Of a stretch of DNA of 53,393 bases, positions 37,426 through 46,717 are shown piece by piece (the first letter of the stretch is position 1; every line of letters begins with the position of its first letter). The position numbers were made by a program, and so were the translations under genes. The DNA comes from a virus (Duplodnaviria > Caudoviricetes): positions 1 to 53,393 of IMG/VR virus record IMGVR_UViG_3300042939_000264. One strand, given 5' to 3'. The notes under the pieces were generated by a model that worked only from the letters and a program-made list of their open reading frames with translations, was not told the DNA's origin and made no database searches.

Positions 37426-38112
37426 ATGAATATTCACCTCACTCTTAAATCATCGAACGTTAAAACTGGACCAATTCCGGTGACAACCAGCGAAGCATCT
37501 ACGTGTCCCGATGCCTGCCCCTTGAAAGCGGGCGGGTGCTACGCTAAAGGCGGTCCCCTTGGCATGCACTGGCAAAAGGTGTCGCGTAAACAAAGGGGCG
37601 GGACACTCCGGGTATTGGAGCATCAAATCCGATCCTTTCCCGCTGGCCAATTGTGGCGCCATAATCAAGCGGGTGATTTGCCGGGCTTGTCAGATTCCAT
37701 CGATGTTCTGGCCTTGTCCCGGCTTGTGTCCGCGAATGAGGGAAAGCGGGGATTCACATACACCCACAAGCCATGTGAGGGCGATTCCAATATGGAGACG
37801 GCAAACCGCGCCGCCGTTCGTCATGCGAATCTTTCGGGATTCACGGTCAATCTCTCAGCGAATAGTCTTTCCCACGCGGACCGTCTTGTCGATTTGGATG
37901 CGGGCCCGGTTGTCGCCGTTGTCCCTGAAAATGCACCCGATACCATGGAAACTCCCGCCGGGAGGAAAGCTATAGTTTGTCCTGCCCAACAAAGAGACGA
38001 TATCACGTGTGCAGATTGCCAATTGTGCTCTCGTTCAAAGCGTAGCGTCATTATTGCTTTTCGCGCACACGGTAGTTCAAAGCGTAAAGCGGAGGCTATT
38101 GCCAAATCCTAA
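37426..38112 (+). CDS. Cys-rich gp88-like (radical-SAM-related) protein
   Basis: TCPDACP....CYA, RHNQAGD, FTYTHK, VNLS, CPAQ...TCADCQLC...HG. Confidence 0.6.
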   Translation: MNIHLTLKSSNVKTGPIPVTTSEASTCPDACPLKAGGCYAKGGPLGMHWQKVSRKQRGGTLRVLEHQIRSFPAGQLWRHNQAGDLPGLSDSIDVLALSRLVSANEGKRGFTYTHKPCEGDSNMETANRAAVRHANLSGFTVNLSANSLSHADRLVDLDAGPVVAVVPENAPDTMETPAGRKAIVCPAQQRDDITCADCQLCSRSKRSVIIAFRAHGSSKRKAEAIAKS

Positions 38113-38160
38113 CCTTGTTCCCGTCAGAACATTAAAACTCAAAATAGAAAAAAACACACA

Positions 38161-38403
38161 ATGGAAAAGATCACAAAGAAAACCCTCGTCGCCCGTCTCG
38201 ATTATCTCGAAAACTGCACGGGTAGAAAATTCACCTTGTCCGCACAATGCTCTGGAAATGGCAGAGGTTATTCGTTCATCGATGACCAAGGGCGTCACGC
38301 GATGACCTACGGGCATGTCCCCGCTTCCGTCTTGGATGCATGCGTCACCGCATTCACTCGGGGTTTTTACCGTGGCGAAGAACATATACAAGCCAAATCC
38401 TAA
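38161..38403 (+). CDS. Hypothetical early protein
   Basis: 80 aa preceded by an A-rich leader. Confidence 0.55.
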   Translation: MEKITKKTLVARLDYLENCTGRKFTLSAQCSGNGRGYSFIDDQGRHAMTYGHVPASVLDACVTAFTRGFYRGEEHIQAKS

Positions 38404-38802
38404 TCCAACCCGGCGGGCACTGGTTCGATTCCCTTTCCCGCTATCTCTCCCCCCCGAACCTATCAAACGCAATTCTACGGCCTTTCTCGCGCAAATGCGG
38501 GCGGGCCTTCACATAAAACCAAACCCTCCGCAGCGGGTCAGCTGCGATTCACATAATGAAAATCCGCACACTCACCGAAAAAATCCCAGCCATCCTTTTG
38601 CGCTGGGGAGCTGAAGCTCACCAGCATTTCGCATTTCCGGGCGAATATGTCAGAATCGCGCCCCGAACTTGGGCCTTATGGCTGGGGCAAGCGCCGTCCT
38701 CGAAATACATTTACAGGTTCGAGAAACGCTAACCCTCCGCACCGTTCCTCACAGAACAATCCAAACCTAACCCGCGCCGGACGGTTTCCGGTATTTGATA
38801 GC

Positions 38803-39123
38803 ATGAAAAACACACACACTCCCGGTCCTTGGTCTATCTTGGACCGCCCCGAAAACGCACTTGAGGATGCCCGCATCCTCACACATATCAGCAACGGCGC
38901 ACACATCGTTTGCACCCTCGGCTCCACTTGCACGGACGGATCGCCCGCGCACTCTGCTAATGCCGCCCTCATCTCCTCAGCGCCCGACCTTCTCTCCGCT
39001 TTGGAGCAGGCATATAACGCAATTGCATGGAATATTCCGGGCGGAACCCTGTCCGATGAGGAAGAAGAGGCATTGCTGGACACTATCCGCGCATCCATCG
39101 CGAAAGCAAAGGGGGAAGCATGA
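38803..39123 (+). CDS. Hypothetical early protein
   Basis: MKNTHTPGPW...ANAALISSAPDLLSALE...AKAKGE, a common phage family pattern. Confidence 0.65.
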   Translation: MKNTHTPGPWSILDRPENALEDARILTHISNGAHIVCTLGSTCTDGSPAHSANAALISSAPDLLSALEQAYNAIAWNIPGGTLSDEEEEALLDTIRASIAKAKGEA

Positions 39124-39308
39124 GCGCCGAATTTCACGCCCTATCCGGCAAGATCAAGAAGGCCGATTGCAAAGATAAGCTGGCGCGGCTGGAAAGGTCT
39201 TGCGAACGAATCTTTGAACTGGGATTCCTCTCCACGCATGAGTTTTGTCTTCTCGATGATATGATCATGCGTCGATATGTGAAAATGGAATATCCCGAAC
39301 TATCCTAA
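39120..39308 (+). CDS. Hypothetical protein
   Basis: 62 aa; ATGA overlap. Confidence 0.55.
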   Translation: MSAEFHALSGKIKKADCKDKLARLERSCERIFELGFLSTHEFCLLDDMIMRRYVKMEYPELS

Positions 39309-39347
39309 CCCTCCGCATCGGGCGTGAAGTTCGACCCTTCCGCCCGA

Positions 39348-39998
39348 TTATCGTTCCCGATACTCATCCTCATTGCCTGCGCTTAACAATGCGCCCGCTT
39401 TCTGCACATTTTCACCCTCCGCATCGGCCTCGAAACTTGATTGTGAACCCTCCGCATCACTACCCTTTTTCGCCTCCGAATGTTGATAGTCAACACGGAC
39501 GCTTTGAACCTCAATTTCCTCTGCTTTGGACGGCGGGGCTATGTGCAAAGCCACCATTGCGTTCAGGCTCACGGCTTGCGTCGATGCGACATCTGCGCCC
39601 TTTAGCCCGTATGATGTTTCGGCAGCTTCCAAATACTTTTGGAACAGGTCGATCATCTCGCGCAGTTCCTTCACCGATCCTTTCACCTGATGCTCCGCAA
39701 TAGCCCTCCGCAACTTTTCCAAGGTATCGAACGCGAACAGATGGTGCTCCTCCACACCAGCGGTCCTTCTCTCCACGATTGTCTTATCTGTGGCGGCTTT
39801 CGCTTTAGCCAGAACCTCGTCCCTTTTGTCGAGCAGCTTCCGAATCGCCACTTGATTCTTCAGATAGGCAAGGCTCATCCCTCGCCCTCCGAACTCTTCC
39901 ATCGCGTGAACCTCGCGAACCGTTTTCCCGGCCATGAGGAGCCGCTCGATCAAATCCCAGTCCCACTTTGGGGCGCTGCCTGTTGTGCATTTAGCCAT
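39348..39998 (-). CDS. Putative terminase small subunit (N-terminal HTH plus helical oligomerisation region)
   Basis: KWDWDLIERLLMAGKTVREV... HTH, then long helices and a disordered tail; lone minus-strand gene. Confidence 0.45.
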   Translation of the reverse strand: MAKCTTGSAPKWDWDLIERLLMAGKTVREVHAMEEFGGRGMSLAYLKNQVAIRKLLDKRDEVLAKAKAATDKTIVERRTAGVEEHHLFAFDTLEKLRRAIAEHQVKGSVKELREMIDLFQKYLEAAETSYGLKGADVASTQAVSLNAMVALHIAPPSKAEEIEVQSVRVDYQHSEAKKGSDAEGSQSSFEADAEGENVQKAGALLSAGNEDEYRER

Positions 39999-40082
39999 GG
40001 GCGGGACGGTAACCCTCCGCATCGGCTCTGTCTACAAAATTTTGTTGTTCTCCCCGAACGCTAACCCTAAACTAAAAATGAA

Positions 40083-40274
40083 ATGAGAGACACATCGAAA
40101 AGCCAAATCAAAAAGCTCATGCGCTTGCTTGAGTGGGCCGACACCTACTTGCAGGCAATGGAAAACTGCACCTCTGGCGGTATCGGTGACGATATTACTA
40201 GGCTACGCCAGCAGATTGAGCAGGTTCTTGAATGCGACCCCAACGCAATCAGGGAGGACATCTACCATGACTAG
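40083..40274 (+). CDS. Hypothetical protein
   Basis: 63 aa. Confidence 0.5.
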   Translation: MRDTSKSQIKKLMRLLEWADTYLQAMENCTSGGIGDDITRLRQQIEQVLECDPNAIREDIYHD

Positions 40275-40485
40275 AGAACAATACGCACTCGAACGAGCAC
40301 AAAGAACAGGGGAGTCCCCGGTGACTCTTGCTTACATGCTAGAACCATTTGATGTCCTATGGGTCGAGCCTGCCCGCGATACCGATGGAGGCTGGTGCTT
40401 GTCCGACCTCCAGAACAATGTCCAATACGGGCCGTTTTACTATGAAGACCACGCATACGATTACGCTATCCAATTAAGACAATGA
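40267..40485 (+). CDS. Hypothetical protein
   Basis: MTREQYALERAQ...; overlaps the helicase start. Confidence 0.5.
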   Translation: MTREQYALERAQRTGESPVTLAYMLEPFDVLWVEPARDTDGGWCLSDLQNNVQYGPFYYEDHAYDYAIQLRQ

Positions 40486-42104
40486 TCGCTAAAATACTTG
40501 AAACACTAGACTTCGCCGATCCTGTCCGGCTCAACACCAAATACGGCTTGCGGATGGTTCGCAAGTCTCCGCTCTCTTTGGACTTCTGGGGAGCGTGGAA
40601 CATGGCTAGCGATTCCGAGAAGGCTGCATTCAAGAAGGCCGGATTCTCGTTAGGCAAATACCGAGAGGTTTGGGAGATGTCGTGGTGGAGCGATAAGAAC
40701 CTCCGCTTTAATCAACCAGAATGTCCGGGACAGATTATTCATGAACCCGAACCCGAACCCGTGGTGGAACTGCCCGAACTTCAGTTCCCCGAGAAGCTAT
40801 TCCCCTATCAGGTCGATAGCGTTCGCCGGGGTGTGGCTACCATGTCCAAGTATGGCCGCGTTCTACTCGGGCACGGCACAGGCATGGGCAAGACGGCCAT
40901 CGCACTAGCTATTGCTCGGGAGCGTGGGCGCAGAGTTGCTGTGATCTGCCCCCTTTCTATAGTAACGGATTGGTTTCGGCTTGCGAAATACCTTGGCGTG
41001 GAAGTCTATGAAGCGGCTGGATGGGAAAGAGTAAAGACTGGTAAGACTAAAATCGGTAATTGGACCGACAAAGAAAAGAAGAGGTTCGTTTACACTCTGC
41101 CCGAAGATTGTGATCTGGTCATTGACGAGGCCCACAAGGCCAAAGCCCCCGGCGCGACACAGAACTCTCTGCTCCTGCGCGATGCGGTTGACCAGAACCT
41201 CCCTTGCATTGCGTTATCGGCGACGATAGCGAGCGATCCAACTCAGTTGTGGGCGATGGGTATGTTCCTTGGCCTGCACTCGGGCGGATCGGATTACTAT
41301 CGCTTCCTCTCTAGGAATGGATGCTACAAGACCCAATGGGGAATGCAGTTCCGTGGTGGTAAGCCTATCCTCAAGAAGCTCCACAGTCAGATATTCCCCG
41401 AGCGTGGCAATAGGCTGCGCCCGATTGATGCGGGAGACGCATTCCCAGAGACTCTGATCGCCGCCCGTGCATTCGATATGGACTCGGCCAAGGACATTGC
41501 CAACGAGTATGACGAACTCTCTGCCCGTATTGAGGAGCTTCGCATGTCAGAGAACTTCATGGCAGACAAGCTCGCAGCTATCACCAAGGCTCGCCAGCGC
41601 ATTGAATTGTTGAAAGCCCCATCCATTGCGTCTGTGGCTAAAGACCTAATCGAGGAAGGTAACTCGGTATTCATTGCGGTGAACTTCACCGAGACCCGTG
41701 AGTTCCTCATGCAGGAGTTGAAAACCAAGTGTGCGATCTACGGCGGGCAGAAGGACATGGATCGGCGGGGTGCTATCGACAGCTTCCAGCGTGACGATTC
41801 CCGTGTCCTTGTGGGTATCACCCAAGCATGTCGCGAAGGTATCAGCTTGCACGATACCAAGGGGGAATTCCCACGCGTGGCTCTGATTAGCCCGACCTAC
41901 TCTGCCCTAGACCTGATCCAAGTATTGGGCCGCGTCCACCGTGCAGGCGGGAAGACAAAGAGCATTCAGTATATCGCCTACTGTTCAGGGGTGCCAGTCG
42001 AGGAAAGAATCTGCAAGAAGTTGAACGAAAAGATGGCAAACCTATCATCCATCATGGACGGCGACCTCGACACCGCCGTTTACTTGGATACAGAAAAAGT
42101 TTGA
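40482..42104 (+). CDS. SF2 (SNF2/DExH-like) helicase
   Basis: LFPYQ, GTGMGKT, IDEAH, LSAT, EGISL and QVLGRVHRAG motifs. Confidence 0.9.
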   Translation: MIAKILETLDFADPVRLNTKYGLRMVRKSPLSLDFWGAWNMASDSEKAAFKKAGFSLGKYREVWEMSWWSDKNLRFNQPECPGQIIHEPEPEPVVELPELQFPEKLFPYQVDSVRRGVATMSKYGRVLLGHGTGMGKTAIALAIARERGRRVAVICPLSIVTDWFRLAKYLGVEVYEAAGWERVKTGKTKIGNWTDKEKKRFVYTLPEDCDLVIDEAHKAKAPGATQNSLLLRDAVDQNLPCIALSATIASDPTQLWAMGMFLGLHSGGSDYYRFLSRNGCYKTQWGMQFRGGKPILKKLHSQIFPERGNRLRPIDAGDAFPETLIAARAFDMDSAKDIANEYDELSARIEELRMSENFMADKLAAITKARQRIELLKAPSIASVAKDLIEEGNSVFIAVNFTETREFLMQELKTKCAIYGGQKDMDRRGAIDSFQRDDSRVLVGITQACREGISLHDTKGEFPRVALISPTYSALDLIQVLGRVHRAGGKTKSIQYIAYCSGVPVEERICKKLNEKMANLSSIMDGDLDTAVYLDTEKV

Positions 42105-42791
42105 CAACACGTTAGGCCGTGCTATTTAGCGGAGGCTAGCCTAACATGACCGAGGGCCACGGAGGACTTACTCTCCCCCGTGGCTCTCAGCGTTTCTAGA
42201 GGGGAAGGGGAGCCGACCGCTACGCAATCGACTCCCCACACAACAGCCAAACAAGGCTGCGCTACTCTAGCGTTATCGGTAACGATACTCAAGCATTTTC
42301 TTCACTAGCTCTACACTTGTTTCCACTAGTGCTACACTAGCGTCTGCTATGCAGACCAGCGTAGGTGGAGTCTAGTGAGAGAAGAGTGAGCCAAATTGTT
42401 TTTGGCAGGGTGAACCCGAGCGACAAGTCACCCAAGGTATGGGGTAACTTGCCAAGCGTGAGACCACTATGTTTTTGTATAGGTGTGTCACCGTCGCTTC
42501 CGATCCTCGTCCAGAGGCCTACCTTTGCCTAGACTAGCCTAATATCGTTGGCTGATCGCAAGTCGCCCATAAGGGCAGCATTAAGATGGCAGGATGTCAT
42601 TGCCGTTCCATCTCCTCTCCTTCGCTGGCACTTATAGGCCTATGCCCCGGTGCGTCGTTCACGCATTCCCGCCAGCTACACGATTCAATGTTGGCAAAAA
42701 GGATTGAGCCTGTGGAGTGAACGATACTCACACAGGCCCAATTTTGAAAGGCTCATGCCGAAGATCGTTCCCTCGGTATTGAATACCAGAG

Positions 42792-42819
42792 AGGATAGTC
42801 AGCTTTCCGAGCCAGTCAA
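42792..42819 (-). promoter_or_regulatory. Promoter directed into the 42105-42790 non-coding region
   Basis: A-tract followed by TTGACT-N16-TATCCT. Confidence 0.55.
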
Positions 42820-42922
42820 ATCTTTTTTTTGAAAATAAAGTGTGGAGTTAACTAAGCGGTTCCTCCACTATGGGGCGAATGAATAACCAGCCACAACAAG
42901 CCGCCGCAATCCCCACTGAAGT

Positions 42923-43228
42923 TTAGCTCGCGGGTTGCTCTTCTGCAACCTCAGTTTTCTCGTCACGCTTTACGGTTTGAGCAGAAATGTAGTAGAGGAG
43001 GGCTTGTTGCATGTGGCTGATCGCCTCCATACCCTCGCGCTGGCGGCTCTCACTCTTGATGACCATGGTAGCGGCGGCGTGGAGGAGGCTAGCCATTCCT
43101 GTGACAAGCTCGTTGGTCTTGTCGTTAGCGATGCGCGGGAAGCTGAACATCTCGCGCAGCCAGTCCTTCACGGCTTGCTGCTGTTTCATCTCTTCTGTGA
43201 TTTCGATTGTGTTATCTTTAGTTTCCAT
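42923..43228 (-). CDS. Hypothetical protein
   Basis: 101 aa with an A-rich leader. Confidence 0.6.
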   Translation of the reverse strand: METKDNTIEITEEMKQQQAVKDWLREMFSFPRIANDKTNELVTGMASLLHAAATMVIKSESRQREGMEAISHMQQALLYYISAQTVKRDEKTEVAEEQPAS

Positions 43229-43258
43229 ATTGGTTTCTATTTGGTTTGTTTGTTAGGT

Positions 43259-43600
43259 TTAGTTTGCCAATGATTCGATCATTGCGTCTATGTCTTCCTC
43301 TGTGAGGTTGAACTTCTCCATGAGTTCGCGTTTCTTTTGATCGGCTTTGCGCCGTCTATCTGTCGCGAACATTGCTTCTTTCATAAATACGTCTAGACCA
43401 GCGAAGACTTCTTTGAAGTGAGCAGTCTTTGATCTGTCCCATTTTTTGATAGGCATGAGACGGGAAAACAAATAGTCGTATTCCCAATCAAGCAAATCAG
43501 CTAATTCTGTGACGTTATAGATGAAGGTTTGGTAGCTTGCAATGATGTCTTTCATTGCGCGGCGGGCTTCATCCCAGCTTTCGGGCAGTTCTTCTTTCAT
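43259..43600 (-). CDS. Hypothetical protein
   Basis: 113 aa in the minus-strand operon. Confidence 0.6.
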   Translation of the reverse strand: MKEELPESWDEARRAMKDIIASYQTFIYNVTELADLLDWEYDYLFSRLMPIKKWDRSKTAHFKEVFAGLDVFMKEAMFATDRRRKADQKKRELMEKFNLTEEDIDAMIESLAN

Positions 43601-43601
43601 G

Positions 43602-44564
43602 TTATTTCTCCTTCAAGAATGGCACCCATTGATCTTCAGCGGGGTCATACCAAGATTTCTGTGCTAGGTCAATAAGCAAGTGGTGAGGCTCCAGCTTGGC
43701 CGGGATGCTTCGTAGCACCTCCGAGTTGCTAGTGTTGCCTGCATTAAGACAAAGGTAGCGATGTCCTAATGGAGCTTGACCCTTACCTTGCTCTGCCTTC
43801 ACTCTGTCTCTCACCTCGCTGGAGGATAGCTTCTCTTCTTTGGCCTTCTCTAGTAGGTCTAGCTTCTTAGTCTCTGTGAGGTCAGCGTTGCCGATCTCGC
43901 GGTAGACTGTGAAGGGTAGCATAGGGTCTCTCTTTGCAGCAGGGAACGCCCTACAAGCCCGTGCGTAGCCGCTAACCGTGCTGTAGCTCTTCTTGAACTG
44001 CGAGCAGAGTTGGTTCACCACATCTTCATGCCCAGCGTTCTCAAGGGCGACCACCGAATCTCCGATGATCCATTGTGCGCCTGACTCTAAGGCGAGGCCG
44101 AAGCCAAAGGCTCCAACCCAGTCCTGCATAGTGACATCCCCGCGAGGAACGCATTGGGTCATACCTGCGCCCAAGTCGAACTTCTTACTGAAGCTACCGA
44201 GTTCGATACCTTGTGCTGAGTTGACTAGCTGGCTCTTCTCGCACTCCACTACAGGCTCATCGTCTTCGATCTCTTCTAGCTCATCATCCTCTGGCTCATC
44301 TGCCAAGTCAGCCTCTAGTTCGTTGGCATACTCCAAGTCAGAGAGGATGCGTTCAAAAACCATGACCACCTCATCCGGCACATCGTCGCCGGGATACTCG
44401 TCGTTCATGGCCATCAAGAAGAGCTTCTTCACCTTGTCCAGCGTCCACTTGATTCCCTTGTATTCTTGTAGTGCCCACTCTACCAACTCCTGCTGGTAGA
44501 CTTTGGCTGTGACTATCTCGCCCGCCCGATCATCGAGAGGGGACATTAACATGAGTTCTTTCAT
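43602..44564 (-). CDS. Putative DNA-binding protein with an LmbU-like domain
   Basis: W.....L.....QWIIGD......SYSTVSGYARACRAFP..KR...LPFT.YREI resembles the LmbU-type core. Confidence 0.45.
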   Translation of the reverse strand: MKELMLMSPLDDRAGEIVTAKVYQQELVEWALQEYKGIKWTLDKVKKLFLMAMNDEYPGDDVPDEVVMVFERILSDLEYANELEADLADEPEDDELEEIEDDEPVVECEKSQLVNSAQGIELGSFSKKFDLGAGMTQCVPRGDVTMQDWVGAFGFGLALESGAQWIIGDSVVALENAGHEDVVNQLCSQFKKSYSTVSGYARACRAFPAAKRDPMLPFTVYREIGNADLTETKKLDLLEKAKEEKLSSSEVRDRVKAEQGKGQAPLGHRYLCLNAGNTSNSEVLRSIPAKLEPHHLLIDLAQKSWYDPAEDQWVPFLKEK

Positions 44565-44773
44565 AGTTCTGCGAAGTTTTGTAATGCGAGGGCGATACTC
44601 CCTCTAGGTTCCACTTCCCCCGAGAGCCAGCGCGATACCTGCACCGCGCCAGCTTTGTCTTGGGATATCCATTCTTCTTTGGGAAGAAACTTATTAAGAT
44701 GCTGCGGCATGTCTTTGACCATGATGTCATTTCTGACCATCGAGTCTAATACCGCGTTAAGTAGTTCATTCAT
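44561..44773 (-). CDS. Small HTH protein
   Basis: MNELLNAVL...VQVSRWLSGEVEPRG. Confidence 0.55.
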   Translation of the reverse strand: MNELLNAVLDSMVRNDIMVKDMPQHLNKFLPKEEWISQDKAGAVQVSRWLSGEVEPRGSIALALQNFAEL

Positions 44774-45596
44774 CCCAAGGAATCTCTGGTTGGTTCTCAA
44801 GGTCTTCGGGATCACCGCCAAGTTGGAGGTCGTTTCCGGCCTGCTCTACGCACTTCGCGAATGGCGTATCAAAGCCTTTGGCAAGGTAATGCTCATAGAG
44901 TTTGGTCAATGCTGGCTTGCCTACCTCTCCAAGTTTCTTGCCTTTGTTGCTACCACTCGGCACGATGGCTGATGCCCAGTCTTTTGGATCGGGTGTCTCT
45001 TCTTTCTTCGGAAGGATAGTAATGCCCTTCTTGTTGGCTTCGATGAAGACAGAGGACACATAGCTACGAAGGGTCTCTTCGTTGTATGCGAGCGACGTGT
45101 AGCCCAACCGGACCAGCTTGTTACAGAGCATATGCAACTCAACGATCTTCTCGATAGCTTCCACAGGGTCTTTCACCATCTGGACTACCTGAGTGAAGGT
45201 TGTGTTGGTTTGGGTAGAAACGGGTGTGTTTGCGGGCATCTCCTGATTATCGTCACCGATAACGATGTTCGCGCTCTTGGTTACTTTGATCAGGTCGCGG
45301 TCTACCTTAGTCCCATCCTTCTTGCTGTAGCTCTCATGCTCAAGTGAGACTCCATGCAGACCATGCTTGCTGCGGGTGCTAACGAGCGTGACCATTTGCT
45401 TCTCTAGGCGGGCCGGGTCTTCCTCTCGGTCGAAGAACTTGAGTCCGTAGGTATCCCCGTCGATCTCAATCTCTCCACCTTGAATCTTAAACTCGCCTTT
45501 CGGCCCTTTGAATGTGCGGGGTTCCCACAGTTTTGTGATCTTGCCCGTGACTTTCTTGATGATGTCTTTCTGTTCTATGTTTTCTAGTTGTTTCAT
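44766..45596 (-). CDS. Putative OB-fold single-stranded DNA-binding protein
   Basis: N-terminal VTGKITKLWEPRTF OB-fold pattern; acidic/aromatic tail EIPWDE; next to an exonuclease. Confidence 0.55.
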   Translation of the reverse strand: MKQLENIEQKDIIKKVTGKITKLWEPRTFKGPKGEFKIQGGEIEIDGDTYGLKFFDREEDPARLEKQMVTLVSTRSKHGLHGVSLEHESYSKKDGTKVDRDLIKVTKSANIVIGDDNQEMPANTPVSTQTNTTFTQVVQMVKDPVEAIEKIVELHMLCNKLVRLGYTSLAYNEETLRSYVSSVFIEANKKGITILPKKEETPDPKDWASAIVPSGSNKGKKLGEVGKPALTKLYEHYLAKGFDTPFAKCVEQAGNDLQLGGDPEDLENQPEIPWDE

Positions 45597-46354
45597 TTCT
45601 TTGGTTTGTAGTTGTTAATGTGTTGCCAGAGAGCGCAGACGTGTTTGAACGCCTCAAACTCTTTGTCTATTGTTGCTTCGTCATACCACGCCTCGCCGAT
45701 TCTGCCCGGTTCAGTAGTGGATATGTAGAGGTTTACACCACGGCGGGCTTCCGCAATCACAGCATAAGCCGCAATCTGCATAGGTTCCTTACCCCATGGC
45801 GTGATCTTGTATTCGGGTTTGGTCTTTCTGCTCTTGTAGTCCAGCACATGGAGAACCCCATCTTTCTCGATGAGAGCGTCTGTTGTGCCAGCGTATCCAA
45901 TGATTGAGTTGACCAGCCTTAACTCATGTTTAATGAACTTAACGTTATTTTCTGCCACCCACTTTTTCACAGGTGATACATACGGCTCCATGTCTGGATC
46001 GTAGACCATACCTTGGAAGTGGTTCTCTAGTGCCTTGTGGATTTGCGTTCCCAGATCGGCGGCTTCCTCCACTTGCTTGAAGGCATCCTCCATTATGCGG
46101 GAGCAATACTGCTCGTCGCTCTCGCCGGGGTTCCGTGGCAAGGTGAGGCTAGCCATGAGAACCTGTTGTTGTTTCCAGCGGTCAAGCTCCGGTGCTGCCA
46201 TCACCTTCATCACCGTGGTCACGCTGGGAAGCCAGTTGAACTTCTTCGCGTCCCGTAGTGTGGTTGGGCGGGGTTCGCCTTTCGCGGAAAGGATCGTGTG
46301 CCGAGCCTCCCCGTCGAAGTCATACCAATGTCCTCCCTCCTTCATGCTAGGCAT
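45593..46354 (-). CDS. PD-(D/E)XK exonuclease (lambda-Exo/Cas4-like fold)
   Basis: PSVTT, GTQIH, YAGTTD, VLDYKS and QIAAY motifs. Confidence 0.85.
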   Translation of the reverse strand: MPSMKEGGHWYDFDGEARHTILSAKGEPRPTTLRDAKKFNWLPSVTTVMKVMAAPELDRWKQQQVLMASLTLPRNPGESDEQYCSRIMEDAFKQVEEAADLGTQIHKALENHFQGMVYDPDMEPYVSPVKKWVAENNVKFIKHELRLVNSIIGYAGTTDALIEKDGVLHVLDYKSRKTKPEYKITPWGKEPMQIAAYAVIAEARRGVNLYISTTEPGRIGEAWYDEATIDKEFEAFKHVCALWQHINNYKPKK

Positions 46355-46575
46355 CTCCTTCTAACCCGGCAAGCGGGGATGTCGATGGCATCGCACACCA
46401 CGTCAAACGCCCGTGAGCGCATGAATGCAAGCGCACCGTCTTGGTTTAGCATCCGCGCCTGCTGGTTCTCTTTTGTCTTTGGCTCACGCTCGTTGATCAA
46501 ATCATCGACGGTATACTCTACCATCGCGATGAGAATGCGGCGGAGATATTGCAACTCCAGTTCTTCGGGTGTCAT
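46342..46575 (-). CDS. Hypothetical protein
   Basis: MTPEELELQYLRRIL...; 77 aa. Confidence 0.55.
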   Translation of the reverse strand: MTPEELELQYLRRILIAMVEYTVDDLINEREPKTKENQQARMLNQDGALAFMRSRAFDVVCDAIDIPACRVRRRCLA

Positions 46576-46576
46576 G

Positions 46577-46717
46577 TCAGCGCACCCTTTCATCTATCAT
46601 TGCGTCTGCTGCGAGGTATGCCATCTCGGCATATTCAACCCATCCTACCTCAAGGCTAGTCCCGCGACTTGCAAGCCCAGCTAGAGCTTGCCCGGCGAAG
46701 TAGTCTCGGAGCGTCAT
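46577..46717 (-). CDS. Small conserved phage protein (46 aa, not in the ORF track)
   Basis: MTLRDYFAGQALAGL...AYLAADAMIDER, a well-known small phage protein pattern. Confidence 0.7.
   Translation of the reverse strand: MTLRDYFAGQALAGLASRGTSLEVGWVEYAEMAYLAADAMIDERVR

Larger units (their letters stand above)
38522..40025 (+). repeat. Six co-oriented copies of (A/C)ACCCTCCGCA
   Basis: Starts at 38522, 38731, 39307, 39413, 39446 and 40011. Confidence 0.85.

Noticed and set aside
38410-38445. tRNA gene suggested by GGTTCGATTCC
   Set aside because: No D arm, anticodon arm or acceptor stem; only a T-loop-like hairpin
45593-46354. Cas4 as part of a CRISPR-Cas system
   Set aside because: No array or other cas genes; its position beside an SSB-like gene indicates a phage recombination exonuclease
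46577-46717. Possible frameshift in the MTLRDYFA gene
   Set aside because: Careful translation gives an intact 46-aa ORF; it is absent from the track only because of the length cutoff
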